Positions 50,074 through 59,155 of a stretch of DNA of 64,000 nucleotides are shown in pieces. Position 1 is the first letter of the stretch. Each line of letters opens with the position of its first letter. Origin of the DNA: an archaeon (GTDB lineage: Archaea > Nanobdellota > Nanobdellia > Pacearchaeales > GW2011-AR1); contig JABIDS010000013.1 in NCBI GenBank assembly GCA_018651605.1, forward strand, positions 717 to 64,716, in the 5' to 3' direction. Under the pieces are notes generated by a model. That model was not told the DNA's origin. It searched no databases and saw only the letters and a list, made by a program, of their open reading frames with translations. Both the position numbers and the translations under genes were made by a program.

Positions 50074-50101
50074 TATTTGCTTTGACTTTGTCAAAGTTAT
50101 T
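50074..50101. repeat. 28-bp palindrome upstream of the PLD gene
   Basis: tatttgctttgactttgtcaaagttatt. Confidence 0.7.
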
Positions 50102-50188
50102 TTATAGAGGGTTTTAAGGTATATAAGTTTTGGTTTGGATATGTTTGAGGATAATTATCTTTATATATGTTGAAGGGTTTGGTTTTTT

Positions 50189-50575
50189 ATGAATGGGTTT
50201 AATTTAAAATTAAGTGCAGGACAAGTAGATAGGACTGTTTTTAATTTAAAGGAAAAAGTTAATTCTAAGGGTAATCTTGAGGAGTATTTTTATTCTATGA
50301 AAGTTCTTGGAGAAGATCCTGTTAAGTTGGATTTTGCATTGTATTTGGAAGAGAGTGGTTGTGAAGATTGTATGATGGAAATTATGGATTATATTGAAGT
50401 TAGGGATGAGGGGAGAGATTCTCGAGATAAGAGTGAGTTTTTTAGGGAATTGAGAGAAAAATATGTTGGCGCTATGCCGAATGTGTCTGGTGGGAAGGTT
50501 GTTTATGGAGTTAGAGGTAAGAGGGGATTGAGTTTTAAGATTAGTGATATGGTGAGTGGTAGGGAAGAGGTTTAG
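50189..50575 (+). CDS. Hypothetical protein
   Basis: 128-aa ORF. Confidence 0.5.
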   Translation: MNGFNLKLSAGQVDRTVFNLKEKVNSKGNLEEYFYSMKVLGEDPVKLDFALYLEESGCEDCMMEIMDYIEVRDEGRDSRDKSEFFRELREKYVGAMPNVSGGKVVYGVRGKRGLSFKISDMVSGREEV

Positions 50576-50738
50576 TTTTTTAAGAATAGTAAGATTTATA
50601 AGTGTATATTTCTCTGAGAGATTATGAAAGCGAAAATAACTGGGAGTTATCCCCATCATACGAATTAGAGATTTTTCTAGCTTAGCTTTCAATAAAAACA
50701 CAAACTTTTTAATACTTAATTTAACTAAATTAATATAT

Positions 50739-50810
50739 GGCGATTGTAGTTTAATGGCAGAACGTACGGTTGTGGTCCGTAAAACGAGAGTCCGATTCTC
50801 TCCTTTCGCT
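50739..50810 (+). tRNA. tRNA-His(GTG) with encoded G-1 and atypical acceptor stem and T loop
   Basis: Anticodon arm TACGG-TTGTGGT-CCGTA; D arm GTTT/GAAC; T arm GAGAG-TCCGATT-CTCTC; adjacent to hisS. Confidence 0.85.
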
Positions 50811-50832
50811 TTTGGTAAAATGAGGTATTAAA

Positions 50833-51993
50833 ATGAAAACAGAAAATGCAAAGGGATTTAAAGATGCTGAGAATGCGTTGAAGAAAATTCAGATAAGAAA
50901 TATAATCGAGCAGACGTTTCAATTGTATAATTTTATTCCAGTTGAAACTCCTATAATAGAATATGAAGAATTTGTAAAGGGAGAGAATCCTAATGATGAG
51001 GCTGTTTCAGATATTTTTAAGTTGAAGGATAAGGGTAAGAGGGATTTGGCTTTAAGATATGAGTTTACTTTTCAGTTGAAAAGATTGGCTAAAAATAAAA
51101 AGCTTCCTTATAAGAGATATCAGATAGGTCCTGTATTTAGGGATGAGCCTGTAACTGGAAATAGGTGGAGGCAATTTACTCAATGTGATATAGATGTAGT
51201 TGGGGCAAGTGTTAAAGATGAGGCAGAAATTTTGAGGGCAACTTCAGATATTTTGAAGAAATTGAAGATTGATTTTGTGATTAATATTAATAATAGGAAA
51301 TTGTTGAATGAGATTTTGGAAGAGTTGAAGATTTCTGAGAAAAATAAGTTGCAAGTAATTAATGAGATAGATAAGTTGGATAAGCTTTCTGAATCTGAGG
51401 TGAAAAGGAATTTGAAGAAGTATGGGGCTGAGAAACTTTTGGCTGTTTTTAAGAAGCCTGAGTCTTATTTTAAGAAGTATGAATCTTATGCGGATGTGAA
51501 GGAGTTGAAGAAGTTTTGTTTGTATTATGGGATAAAGGTTAATTTTCAGGCTTTTTTGGCGAGGGGTTTGTCTTATTATAATGGTTCTATTTTTGAAATT
51601 AAATCTAAGAATTTGAAAGAGACTATAATTGCTGGTGGTTCGTATATGGTGAATAATGTTCAGGCGACTGGGATTTCTTTGGGTTTGGAGAGATTGGAGC
51701 TTTTGGCTAATGTTTCTATGAATTATAAAAAGGTTTTAATTATTTCCTTGAATCAGGATAAGATTGCTGTTGGTGTTGCGGATAGTGTTCGTGAGTTAGG
51801 TATTCCTGTTCAGATTTTGTTTGGTAAAGTTGGAAAGGCTCTTGAGTATGCTAATTCTTTGGATATGCCTTTAGTTGTTTTTATTGGTGAAGAGGAAGTT
51901 AAGAAGGGGAAGGTTAAGTTGAAGAATATGAATAGTGGTAAGGAGAAGTTTGTTTTAATGTCTAAGTTGGGGAAGGAGTTGGAGGGATTGTAG
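50833..51993 (+). CDS. hisS: Histidine--tRNA ligase
   Basis: AKGFKD, ETPIIE, LALRYEFT, FRDE, RQFTQCD, LARGLSYY, GLERL; anticodon-binding domain. Confidence 0.93.
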   Translation: MKTENAKGFKDAENALKKIQIRNIIEQTFQLYNFIPVETPIIEYEEFVKGENPNDEAVSDIFKLKDKGKRDLALRYEFTFQLKRLAKNKKLPYKRYQIGPVFRDEPVTGNRWRQFTQCDIDVVGASVKDEAEILRATSDILKKLKIDFVININNRKLLNEILEELKISEKNKLQVINEIDKLDKLSESEVKRNLKKYGAEKLLAVFKKPESYFKKYESYADVKELKKFCLYYGIKVNFQAFLARGLSYYNGSIFEIKSKNLKETIIAGGSYMVNNVQATGISLGLERLELLANVSMNYKKVLIISLNQDKIAVGVADSVRELGIPVQILFGKVGKALEYANSLDMPLVVFIGEEEVKKGKVKLKNMNSGKEKFVLMSKLGKELEGL

Positions 51994-52189
51994 TTGTGGG
52001 TGTTGGTGTAGGTTTGGTTGGTGGGTGTTGTGGGTTCTCGCGACTGGACAAGTCCAAGTCGCTTCACCTTGCAGTCTTGAAATCTTTTTAGAGATTTTAT
52101 TGAGGTTATGAGTTTTCTTTTTGGTTGTTGATGAGATATATAGTTTGTGTTGCAATTAATTTTATTAATGTTTATGTTCGTCTAAATTT

Positions 52190-52429
52190 ATGTCTGATCA
52201 AAAAATCCTTCCTGGAAATATTTATCTTAATATTACTAGGGCAAGTGCAACTCGTAAATTAAGAGTTGATATTTATAAGGTTCTTGATGGATCTCATATG
52301 TCTCATGGAATAAGTCATGGTAAGAATTATGGGAGTTTTTTTCTCCAAGATGAAAGGGGTTTGGATAGAGATTTGTCTGAAATGACTGTTTCAGAATTAG
52401 TTGAGATGGTGGAAGTTAATTTAGAATAA
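52190..52429 (+). CDS. Hypothetical protein
   Basis: 79-aa ORF. Confidence 0.45.
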   Translation: MSDQKILPGNIYLNITRASATRKLRVDIYKVLDGSHMSHGISHGKNYGSFFLQDERGLDRDLSEMTVSELVEMVEVNLE

Positions 52430-52431
52430 TT

Positions 52432-53643
52432 TTATTCTCCATAAACTCTCTGCACCTTTTCTTTAAATTCTTTAAATGTTCCTTTTTTGATATGTTCTTT
52501 GGCTTGTTTGATTAAATTTTGTAAATAGTAAAGATTATGGTAAGATGCTAAATGTTTTCCTGTAGGTTCTTCTTGTTTTAAGAGAAATCTTATATAGGCT
52601 TTTGTGTAGTTTTTGCATGTTTTGCAATTGCAGTTTTTGTCTATAGGTGTTTTATCTGTTTCATATTTTTTGTTTAGGAGTTTGAGTTTTCCTTTTGATG
52701 TGAAGAGTGTTCCTCTTCTTGCGTTTTGAGTTGGAAGTCTTGAGTCGAATATATCTACTCCGTAGGAGATTGCTTCAAGTATTTCTGATGGGGAGCCTAT
52801 TCCCATTAAGTAAACTGGTTTGTTGTTTGGAATGATTGTTTTTTGTTGTTTGACTATTTTCATTTCTTCTTGAAATGTTTCTCCCATTCCAAAACCTCCT
52901 ATTGAGTATCCGTCAAAGTTGAGTTTTGTTAATTCTCGTGCTGATTGTTTTCTTAAATCTTTATGGATTCCTCCTTGAGTTATTCCGAAGAGAAGTTGTT
53001 TTTTTGTTTTATTCCTTTTTTCCCTTTCGGCATTATCAATCCCTATTAACCCACCCGTCCCACCCTTAATTGGGATAATGCCTAAACCTTTTTTACCCCT
53101 CCTTTGCAATTTGTCATGGGTTTCTTTACATCTTTTTGCCCAATTTGTTGTTAGATTTACTGCTGTTTGTATTTCTTTTTTTGAATCTTCATATAATGGC
53201 ATTCTATCTAAACACATTGCAACATCGCTGTTGATGTCTGTTTGTATTTTCATGTTTTCTTCAGGTGTCATGAATATTTTTTCTCCTGAGATTGGGTTTT
53301 TGAATGTAACTCCTTTTTCATTTGATTTTATGTAGATTGATGGTGAATACATTTGAAATCCTCCGGAATCTGTGAAGTTTATTAATTGTGTGTTCATGAA
53401 TTTTTTTATTCCTCCTAGTTTTTTTATTGTTTTTGTTCCAGGTCTTAAAGATAGAATGAATGCGTTTGAGATTGTTGCTGTTGCTCCTAGTTTTTTTAGT
53501 TGTGATTGTGTTAAGAATTTTGCTGCTGCTTTTGTTGAGACTGGCATAAAAAAAGGTGTTTGGATTTCTCCTGATTTTGTTATTAGTGTTGCGATTCTTG
53601 CTTTTGTTTTTTTGTCTTGATGGGTTATTGTGAATGGTTGCAT
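52432..53643 (-). CDS. tgt: Queuine tRNA-ribosyltransferase (bacterial-type length)
   Basis: TPFFMPV, DSGGFQ, GITQGG, YLMGIG, DIFDSRLPT, CNCKTC, HNL; no PUA domain. Confidence 0.92.
   Translation of the reverse strand: MQPFTITHQDKKTKARIATLITKSGEIQTPFFMPVSTKAAAKFLTQSQLKKLGATATISNAFILSLRPGTKTIKKLGGIKKFMNTQLINFTDSGGFQMYSPSIYIKSNEKGVTFKNPISGEKIFMTPEENMKIQTDINSDVAMCLDRMPLYEDSKKEIQTAVNLTTNWAKRCKETHDKLQRRGKKGLGIIPIKGGTGGLIGIDNAEREKRNKTKKQLLFGITQGGIHKDLRKQSARELTKLNFDGYSIGGFGMGETFQEEMKIVKQQKTIIPNNKPVYLMGIGSPSEILEAISYGVDIFDSRLPTQNARRGTLFTSKGKLKLLNKKYETDKTPIDKNCNCKTCKNYTKAYIRFLLKQEEPTGKHLASYHNLYYLQNLIKQAKEHIKKGTFKEFKEKVQRVYGE
53026..53083. repeat. G4-loop palindromic element, in-frame in tgt (58 bp)
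   Basis: ggcattatc-aat-ccctattaa-cccacccgtcccaccc-ttaattggg-ataatgcc. Confidence 0.92.
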
Positions 53644-53887
53644 GATTGGGATAAGTTTTGGTTGTTATTTAAGGTTTGGGTTGGGTTGGGTTGGTAGTTG
53701 GTTTTGGTTGGGTTGGGAATATTTCCAACCCTGCGGAAAGCCGGTTTCACCTTTTCCTTTCCGCACCTAGGTTTTGAAATCTTGTTAAAGAGTTCTTTTA
53801 TGTAGGTGATGGAATTGATTTTTTTATAAGTTGGTTGAATTTTTTTAGTATAATAATACTTATATAATAAAAAATGTTTAAATTATA

Positions 53888-54115
53888 ATGAAAGGAAAAA
53901 GTGAATGTGTGAAAAAACTTGAAGAACTGTTTAGAAAACGAAATAAGTGCGAGGCGAATGGACATCCTTTTGAACAAAATGTGCTGACTCCATATCAGGG
54001 TGGAAGTTCTCAGGTTTTTGTGAAGTGTAGTGGGTGTGAAGCACTCTATGATAGGCGTCCAACAAGTGACGAGGTAGAAGAATATTATAATCTTTTCAAA
54101 TTAGAATTTCGATAA
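53888..54115 (+). CDS. Small putative zinc-binding protein
   Basis: C-x4-H and CSGC. Confidence 0.5.
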   Translation: MKGKSECVKKLEELFRKRNKCEANGHPFEQNVLTPYQGGSSQVFVKCSGCEALYDRRPTSDEVEEYYNLFKLEFR

Positions 54116-54122
54116 GTTTAAT

Positions 54123-54235
54123 ATAGAGAAAATAAACCTTTGCCTTTAGGCAAAGGACGTCGTTTTCTCTATCTCTTAAAAACAAGGGGCTGTTTCAAAC
54201 CCACACCTTTAGGTGTGGGTGCCCCATTGTTTTTC
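54123..54235. repeat. Two tandem TTTA-loop hairpin elements; the second is a copy of 26638..26692
   Basis: atagagaaaa...cctttgcc-ttta-ggcaaagg...ttttctctat; aaacaaggggc...cccacacc-ttta-ggtgtggg-tgccccattgttt. Confidence 0.85.
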
Positions 54236-54395
54236 AGATAGTGTTAGATTTATTGGGGTATGAGTTTTCTTTTTGATTGTTGATAGGATTGATTGTTGAC
54301 AAGAGAAATATTTAGGAGATTATTAAGATTTGTGGAGAAAAGGAAAAGTGCGAGCATGGCTTTTCGTGGGGAATTGTATGAATTAATAATAAGTT

Positions 54396-55358
54396 TTATG
54401 CAGTTTCTCTTTCTTGATAGAGTCTGAAGAAATTATCTATTGGAGATTCTATTGGAGGACCCCATTTTTTTGCATTTTCTTTGTGATATTTTTTGACATC
54501 ATCATCTTTTGCAAGAATTGTGAATTTGAAAAAAGTATGAAATACTTCTTGTTGTGTTGGGTCTGAGATTATTGAGGGTTGTGTTGGTTCATATTGTGGA
54601 GGGTTTGTTTCAGGGTTTGTGTTTACTTTTATTTCAATTGAAGATTGATAAGGGTTTGTTGTTAAAATTATTTTACTTTGAGGAGGGAATAGATAAAGTT
54701 TTCTGTCCCACCCTATGTATGGGCTTATTGTTTCTGTAAGTGGGCTTGTTAAATTGTCTTTTAGTATTTTATCTAGGACTTTTTTGTTTGATTTTGTGAA
54801 TGTTAATTCTGGGTCTAGTTTTAGATTGTCGTATTTTTGGTCTAATTCTTGGTTGCTGTATTTTATGAATTGTTTTGCTCCTTCTTGGAGTTCTTTTAGT
54901 AAGTCTTCGTGATTTATTGGACCGGGATGAATAACTGGGAATCCTTTGAGTACCGGAGTTATGGTGCTTTGCATTGGTGTGTCTTTTATTAGATTGTAAA
55001 ACTCTTGTTTATCCTTTCCATTTGGAAGATTTTCCCATGTTTGTTTTTCAAATGCAAATTGGGCATTAACTGTGTGAACTAGTCCTTTTGCTTTCATTAC
55101 TGGTCTTGTGGCGATTATATGGTATTCTATTGGTTCTGTTGGTGTAGGTGTTGTTAATGAAGGGGTTTGATAGGGTGTTGAAATTGGTTCAGGAGTTGGG
55201 TTTGGTTTAGGGGTTAATGAAGGGGTTTGGTTTGGTGTATTTTTAGAACGTCTAGAACGTCTAGGGCTTGGTTCAGAGTGAGCATAAGTTGGTAGAATTA
55301 AAGTTGTTGCGGTTGTTGCGATTGTTGCAAGGGCAGTTCTTCTTGATATTAGTTTCAT
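54396..55358 (-). CDS. Hypothetical exported protein with twin-arginine-like signal and Pro/Thr linker
   Basis: MKLISRRTALA...AHS; QTPSLT occurs twice. Confidence 0.6.
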   Translation of the reverse strand: MKLISRRTALATIATTATTLILPTYAHSEPSPRRSRRSKNTPNQTPSLTPKPNPTPEPISTPYQTPSLTTPTPTEPIEYHIIATRPVMKAKGLVHTVNAQFAFEKQTWENLPNGKDKQEFYNLIKDTPMQSTITPVLKGFPVIHPGPINHEDLLKELQEGAKQFIKYSNQELDQKYDNLKLDPELTFTKSNKKVLDKILKDNLTSPLTETISPYIGWDRKLYLFPPQSKIILTTNPYQSSIEIKVNTNPETNPPQYEPTQPSIISDPTQQEVFHTFFKFTILAKDDDVKKYHKENAKKWGPPIESPIDNFFRLYQERETA

Positions 55359-55492
55359 TTTCGTATATTTGTTTTATTTAATCAGAACTCTTTCCCAGGG
55401 GTAAAATTATAGTGTTTTTTGGGTTTTTAAAACTTGGGGTTTGGAGTATTGAGTATATAAAAATTTAAATAAATTAAAGTTATTAGATAGAT

Positions 55493-55858
55493 ATGAAATC
55501 AGAGGATTTAAAGAAAAAAACACCTTTTATGAGACAAGGGTTTTTGAATGATTTGGTTGGAAATTACTGTGATGAAAATGAATTAGATGAGGTAAAAGAA
55601 GCATTAAAATTAAAAAATTTGAAAGTAGTTAATGCAGGAGATAAATATTCTTTTATTTTGTTAAATGATTTATATTATTTTATTGAAATGAATTCAGATT
55701 ATTTTGCACCTGGAATTATTGAAATTCCTGTATTTAGAGTGGAAGAGATGGATTTTGAAAATGATAGGTTAGAGTTATTAGGAGTAGATTCTGATAGAGA
55801 TTCGCCATTAGTTCGGGGATTGTATTCAGTTGTTGAGAGGGATACTTATATTCCTTAA
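55493..55858 (+). CDS. Hypothetical protein
   Basis: 121-aa ORF behind a TATA box. Confidence 0.5.
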   Translation: MKSEDLKKKTPFMRQGFLNDLVGNYCDENELDEVKEALKLKNLKVVNAGDKYSFILLNDLYYFIEMNSDYFAPGIIEIPVFRVEEMDFENDRLELLGVDSDRDSPLVRGLYSVVERDTYIP

Positions 55859-55931
55859 ATAGGATTGATGATATTTGAGACTTTTATTTATTTATCAAAA
55901 GTATTTTATAGTTTAATATTTTGGTAGTATT

Positions 55932-56588
55932 ATGGTTTATAAGATTAAGTTTTATTTTTTTTGGTTGGCTGTGATTTGTGTAGCTGTGTTTGGATTGCAG
56001 AATTTGCCTGGGATTCCAGGTTTTACTGATACGTTTGTTTTGAATGATAAGGCTGTTAATGATTTTCAGATTTGGAGGTTTGTTAGTGCAGTGTTTTTGC
56101 ATGGGGGTGGAGGGCATTTGTTGTATAATATGTTTGCTCTTTTGCTTTTTGGATTTATTTTGGAAAGATTGATTGGTAGTAAGAGATTTTTGTTTGTGTT
56201 TTTTGTAAGTGGTATTATTGGAAATTTGATTGGTGTTAATTTTTATAATTCTTCGCTTGGTGCGAGTGGAGCTATTTATGGGATTTTGGGTTGTATTATT
56301 ATTTTGCGTCCAATGATGATGGTTTGGGCTTTTGGAGTTATTGTTCCTATTTTTGTTGCAGGGATTTTTTGGATTATTGGAGATATTATGGGTGTGTTTG
56401 GTTTTGGTGATGAAGGAGTTGGGCGATTTGCTCATCTTGGTGGGATTTTTGTTGGGTTTGTGATGGGCTTGTGGTGGAGGTTTGGTGGTGGTTGGAAGGT
56501 TGTTGATAAAAAAGAAAAAGTTGAAATTTCTGAAGAGGTTGTTGATAAGTCTATTGAGGAGTTTGAGAGGATTTATATGAGAGGTTAA
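55932..56588 (+). CDS. Rhomboid intramembrane serine protease
   Basis: WR, FLH...HLLYNM, GASG, AHLGG. Confidence 0.92.
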   Translation: MVYKIKFYFFWLAVICVAVFGLQNLPGIPGFTDTFVLNDKAVNDFQIWRFVSAVFLHGGGGHLLYNMFALLLFGFILERLIGSKRFLFVFFVSGIIGNLIGVNFYNSSLGASGAIYGILGCIIILRPMMMVWAFGVIVPIFVAGIFWIIGDIMGVFGFGDEGVGRFAHLGGIFVGFVMGLWWRFGGGWKVVDKKEKVEISEEVVDKSIEEFERIYMRG

Positions 56589-56635
56589 TTTTAAATAGTT
56601 GTTTTGTTTATTTTTAAAAAGAGAAAGGAGGTAAA

Positions 56636-56839
56636 ATGGGATTTTTTAGTGATAAGGTGAAAAATATAGATGCGTTTGATGTAGCTCTGATTAAGTTATC
56701 TGTGGCTGCTTTTACATTGTTTGTTATAACAATTTGGCAAGGGGCTATGGATTGGGTGCATTCAGTAAATACTTGGTATTTTCTTGTAGCATTTGTAATT
56801 TTTGCGATAAGGCCTGTGTATAGGTCTTATTTTAAGTAA
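56636..56839 (+). CDS. Small 2-TM protein
   Basis: SD AGGAGG; DVALIKLS. Confidence 0.6.
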   Translation: MGFFSDKVKNIDAFDVALIKLSVAAFTLFVITIWQGAMDWVHSVNTWYFLVAFVIFAIRPVYRSYFK

Positions 56840-56887
56840 TGTTTAGTTGTTTTTTTATTTTTATTTATTTTGTTTATTGGAGTTAAG

Positions 56888-57274
56888 ATGAGAAAAAGAA
56901 AGTTGAGTAAGAGAAGGATGAGTAAGGAGTTGAGAATATTGGTTTGGAGTTTTTTAATTGGAATTGTTTCTATGGTTGGACATAATTTGTTTTATGCTCT
57001 TGGTGAGGTGTTTTCTGGTTTTGGAATTTTCTTTGAAGTGTTGTCGGTGATTTTGTTTTTCTTGACTTTGATTTCTGCTTTTTTGTTTTTTATTGTTGTT
57101 ATTTATGTTGGTGTTAAGTATTTGATTTTTGGAAAACCTAGGGATGGTTGGAAAATTGGTTGGATAGGTTTGGTTTTGATGGTTTTCTTTTTAATTGTTG
57201 GGATGAATAGTTTGTGGTTTTATGTTTTTGCTGGTGTGTTGATTTTGTTTTTTATAGGTAGAATTGTTAGGTAG
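56888..57274 (+). CDS. Multi-TM membrane protein
   Basis: HNLFYAL and 4 hydrophobic segments. Confidence 0.6.
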   Translation: MRKRKLSKRRMSKELRILVWSFLIGIVSMVGHNLFYALGEVFSGFGIFFEVLSVILFFLTLISAFLFFIVVIYVGVKYLIFGKPRDGWKIGWIGLVLMVFFLIVGMNSLWFYVFAGVLILFFIGRIVR

Positions 57275-57364
57275 ATTGGCTTTTCACTATGAACACTATT
57301 CTTCAATATATGAATAGTATCCCAATATAGTCCTTTTTATTAAGATTAATTCTCTATAGATAGT

Positions 57365-57901
57365 ATGAGTTCAGTTCAATTAGAAAAGACATTGGGACAG
57401 GAGATTTATGAGTTTTGTTTAGATAGTCATAGGATTGTTGATTTGGATATGTTTAAGAGGGAGTGTGGTGGGTATGGTGGTTCTTTGGATATGTTATTAG
57501 AGGAATATAATGCGGGGATTGTTAAGGCTCGGGGTGTTTTGGAGGATTCTCCTATTGATGTTGAAGGAGAGTGGAAGAGTTATAGGGAGTTAAGGGAGAT
57601 TGCTAATTCATTAGAAACTGGTTATGGTTTGTCTGGTTTAGAGATGGGTGAGATATTAGATTATGGATATAAGCCTTTTAAGAAAAGGGAAAAAGAAGGG
57701 ATTGTTGAATATTGGGTTGATTATGGTCCTTGTTCGGATGATTCTGCAAAATATGGTAGTTGTTTTTGTTCTTTTGTTCCAAATGATAAGTTTGATATCT
57801 GGAAAGGGGCTTTTAATGATTTGAATAATTATTCTGGGATGGTTGGGGTTTTAGGTGGGATGAAGGGTGATGGTGGGATGAGTGTGGAAAGTGATTTTTG
57901 A
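57365..57901 (+). CDS. Hypothetical protein
   Basis: 178-aa ORF. Confidence 0.5.
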   Translation: MSSVQLEKTLGQEIYEFCLDSHRIVDLDMFKRECGGYGGSLDMLLEEYNAGIVKARGVLEDSPIDVEGEWKSYRELREIANSLETGYGLSGLEMGEILDYGYKPFKKREKEGIVEYWVDYGPCSDDSAKYGSCFCSFVPNDKFDIWKGAFNDLNNYSGMVGVLGGMKGDGGMSVESDF

Positions 57902-57942
57902 GAATATAAATCTTTAATAATTTGATTATTGTGGTTGTTATA

Positions 57943-58878
57943 ATGAAGCCGATAAATTTAAACATGGAGCTTGATTTTTTTGATGTTTATAGAAGGCTTT
58001 CTTGTGATTATTTTGATGTTGTGGAGAGGACTATTTCTGAGAGACTTTCTCCGACTACGTTGAGGAGTCCTGAGCGTTTGGAGAGTGCGTCTGAGTCTAT
58101 TGATAATGTTTTGCATTATTGTGTTGATAATTTGAAGAGTATTTTTCCTGGTTCTGGAATTTTTTGGGATGATCAAAGAGAGGATGCTCCTGAATATGGG
58201 TGTTGTCCGCGTGTTGTGGTGGATGTTGTTGATGGGGCGAGAAATCTTCAAAAGGGTGGGACAGAGGTTTCGTCTACTTTGGCGATTGTAAGGGGAGATG
58301 ATATTCCTCTTGCAATAGTTTCTTATCCGTTTGGTAAGGAGAGGATTGTCGATGTTAATGGGGAGGTTTATTGGATACCGAATCATATAGAGAAGAGGGT
58401 TGATTTTATTAGGGGGGAGATTGATAGGTATAGGGCATTGCCTTGGAAGCCTAAGGAAATGTTGGAGGATTTTAGGGTTTCTGAAAGGTATGATGTTCTT
58501 GATGATGATATTAGGGAGAGGTTGGATGAGTTGAGGTATAAAGTTAATGGGACTATTATAAGGCCGGCTGGTTCTCTTGCGAAAATGCTTATGGCGATTG
58601 TGTCTGGTTCGTGCGATGTTTTTATAACTCGGAAGAAAAATCGTCCTATTAATTTTTATGATTATCTTGCTCCTTATAATATAATTAAGGATATAGGTGG
58701 AGTGTTTACTGATTTGGATGGTAATGAGCCTGATGGGATTTCGGATATGGATGGGATAATTGCTGGTTCTTGTGTTGAGAATTATGAGATGTTTGTTGGG
58801 TGGATGGGTGGTGATGAAGGGATGGGTTTGGTGGGGAAGAAGGCTGAATGGGAAATTGGGGGTTTGTTGGGTTTTTGA
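57943..58878 (+). CDS. Divergent inositol monophosphatase-family protein
   Basis: VVDVVDGARNL (DPIDGT-like), RPAGS, YDYLAP...GGVFTDLDG. Confidence 0.7.
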   Translation: MKPINLNMELDFFDVYRRLSCDYFDVVERTISERLSPTTLRSPERLESASESIDNVLHYCVDNLKSIFPGSGIFWDDQREDAPEYGCCPRVVVDVVDGARNLQKGGTEVSSTLAIVRGDDIPLAIVSYPFGKERIVDVNGEVYWIPNHIEKRVDFIRGEIDRYRALPWKPKEMLEDFRVSERYDVLDDDIRERLDELRYKVNGTIIRPAGSLAKMLMAIVSGSCDVFITRKKNRPINFYDYLAPYNIIKDIGGVFTDLDGNEPDGISDMDGIIAGSCVENYEMFVGWMGGDEGMGLVGKKAEWEIGGLLGF

Positions 58879-59006
58879 GTGGTGGAAAATAATTCTGTTT
58901 TTGAGAATTAGGAGGGTTGTGGGGTTTCTAAAGGGGAAGTGAGGGGTTTTGGGGGTGGATGGGGAGAAAGAGTTAAATACTTCTAGTTAGTAACAAATTT
59001 AAGAAT

Positions 59007-59099
59007 ATGGAGAATAGAATTAAGAAGGCAGGGTTTGAGTTGGGTGAGGAGTTGGATGTTGAGGTTAAGGATGGGGAAGTTAGGTTGAGGAGGAAATAG
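59007..59099 (+). pseudogene. AbrB/MazE-like fragment (30 aa)
   Basis: MENRIKKAGFELGEELDVEVKDGEVRLRRK matches only the C-terminal half of the swapped-hairpin pattern. Confidence 0.45.
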
Positions 59100-59155
59100 T
59101 TTATTAGTTTTTAGTAGTGATATAAACTTAAATAATCTTGATTTATTGATAGTTT

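Noticed and set aside
45833..53083. In-frame inserts as inteins or canonical BHB introns
   Set aside because: Far too short for inteins and lacking C/S...HN ends; I could not identify a clear bulge-helix-bulge by eye, so splicing is unproven though not excluded.
58930..58970. G-runs on the + strand (also ~13360, ~38480..38550, ~41740, ~48265) as G4 elements
   Set aside because: Expected from the G-rich strand bias and lacking the flanking hairpin architecture, although some could still fold.
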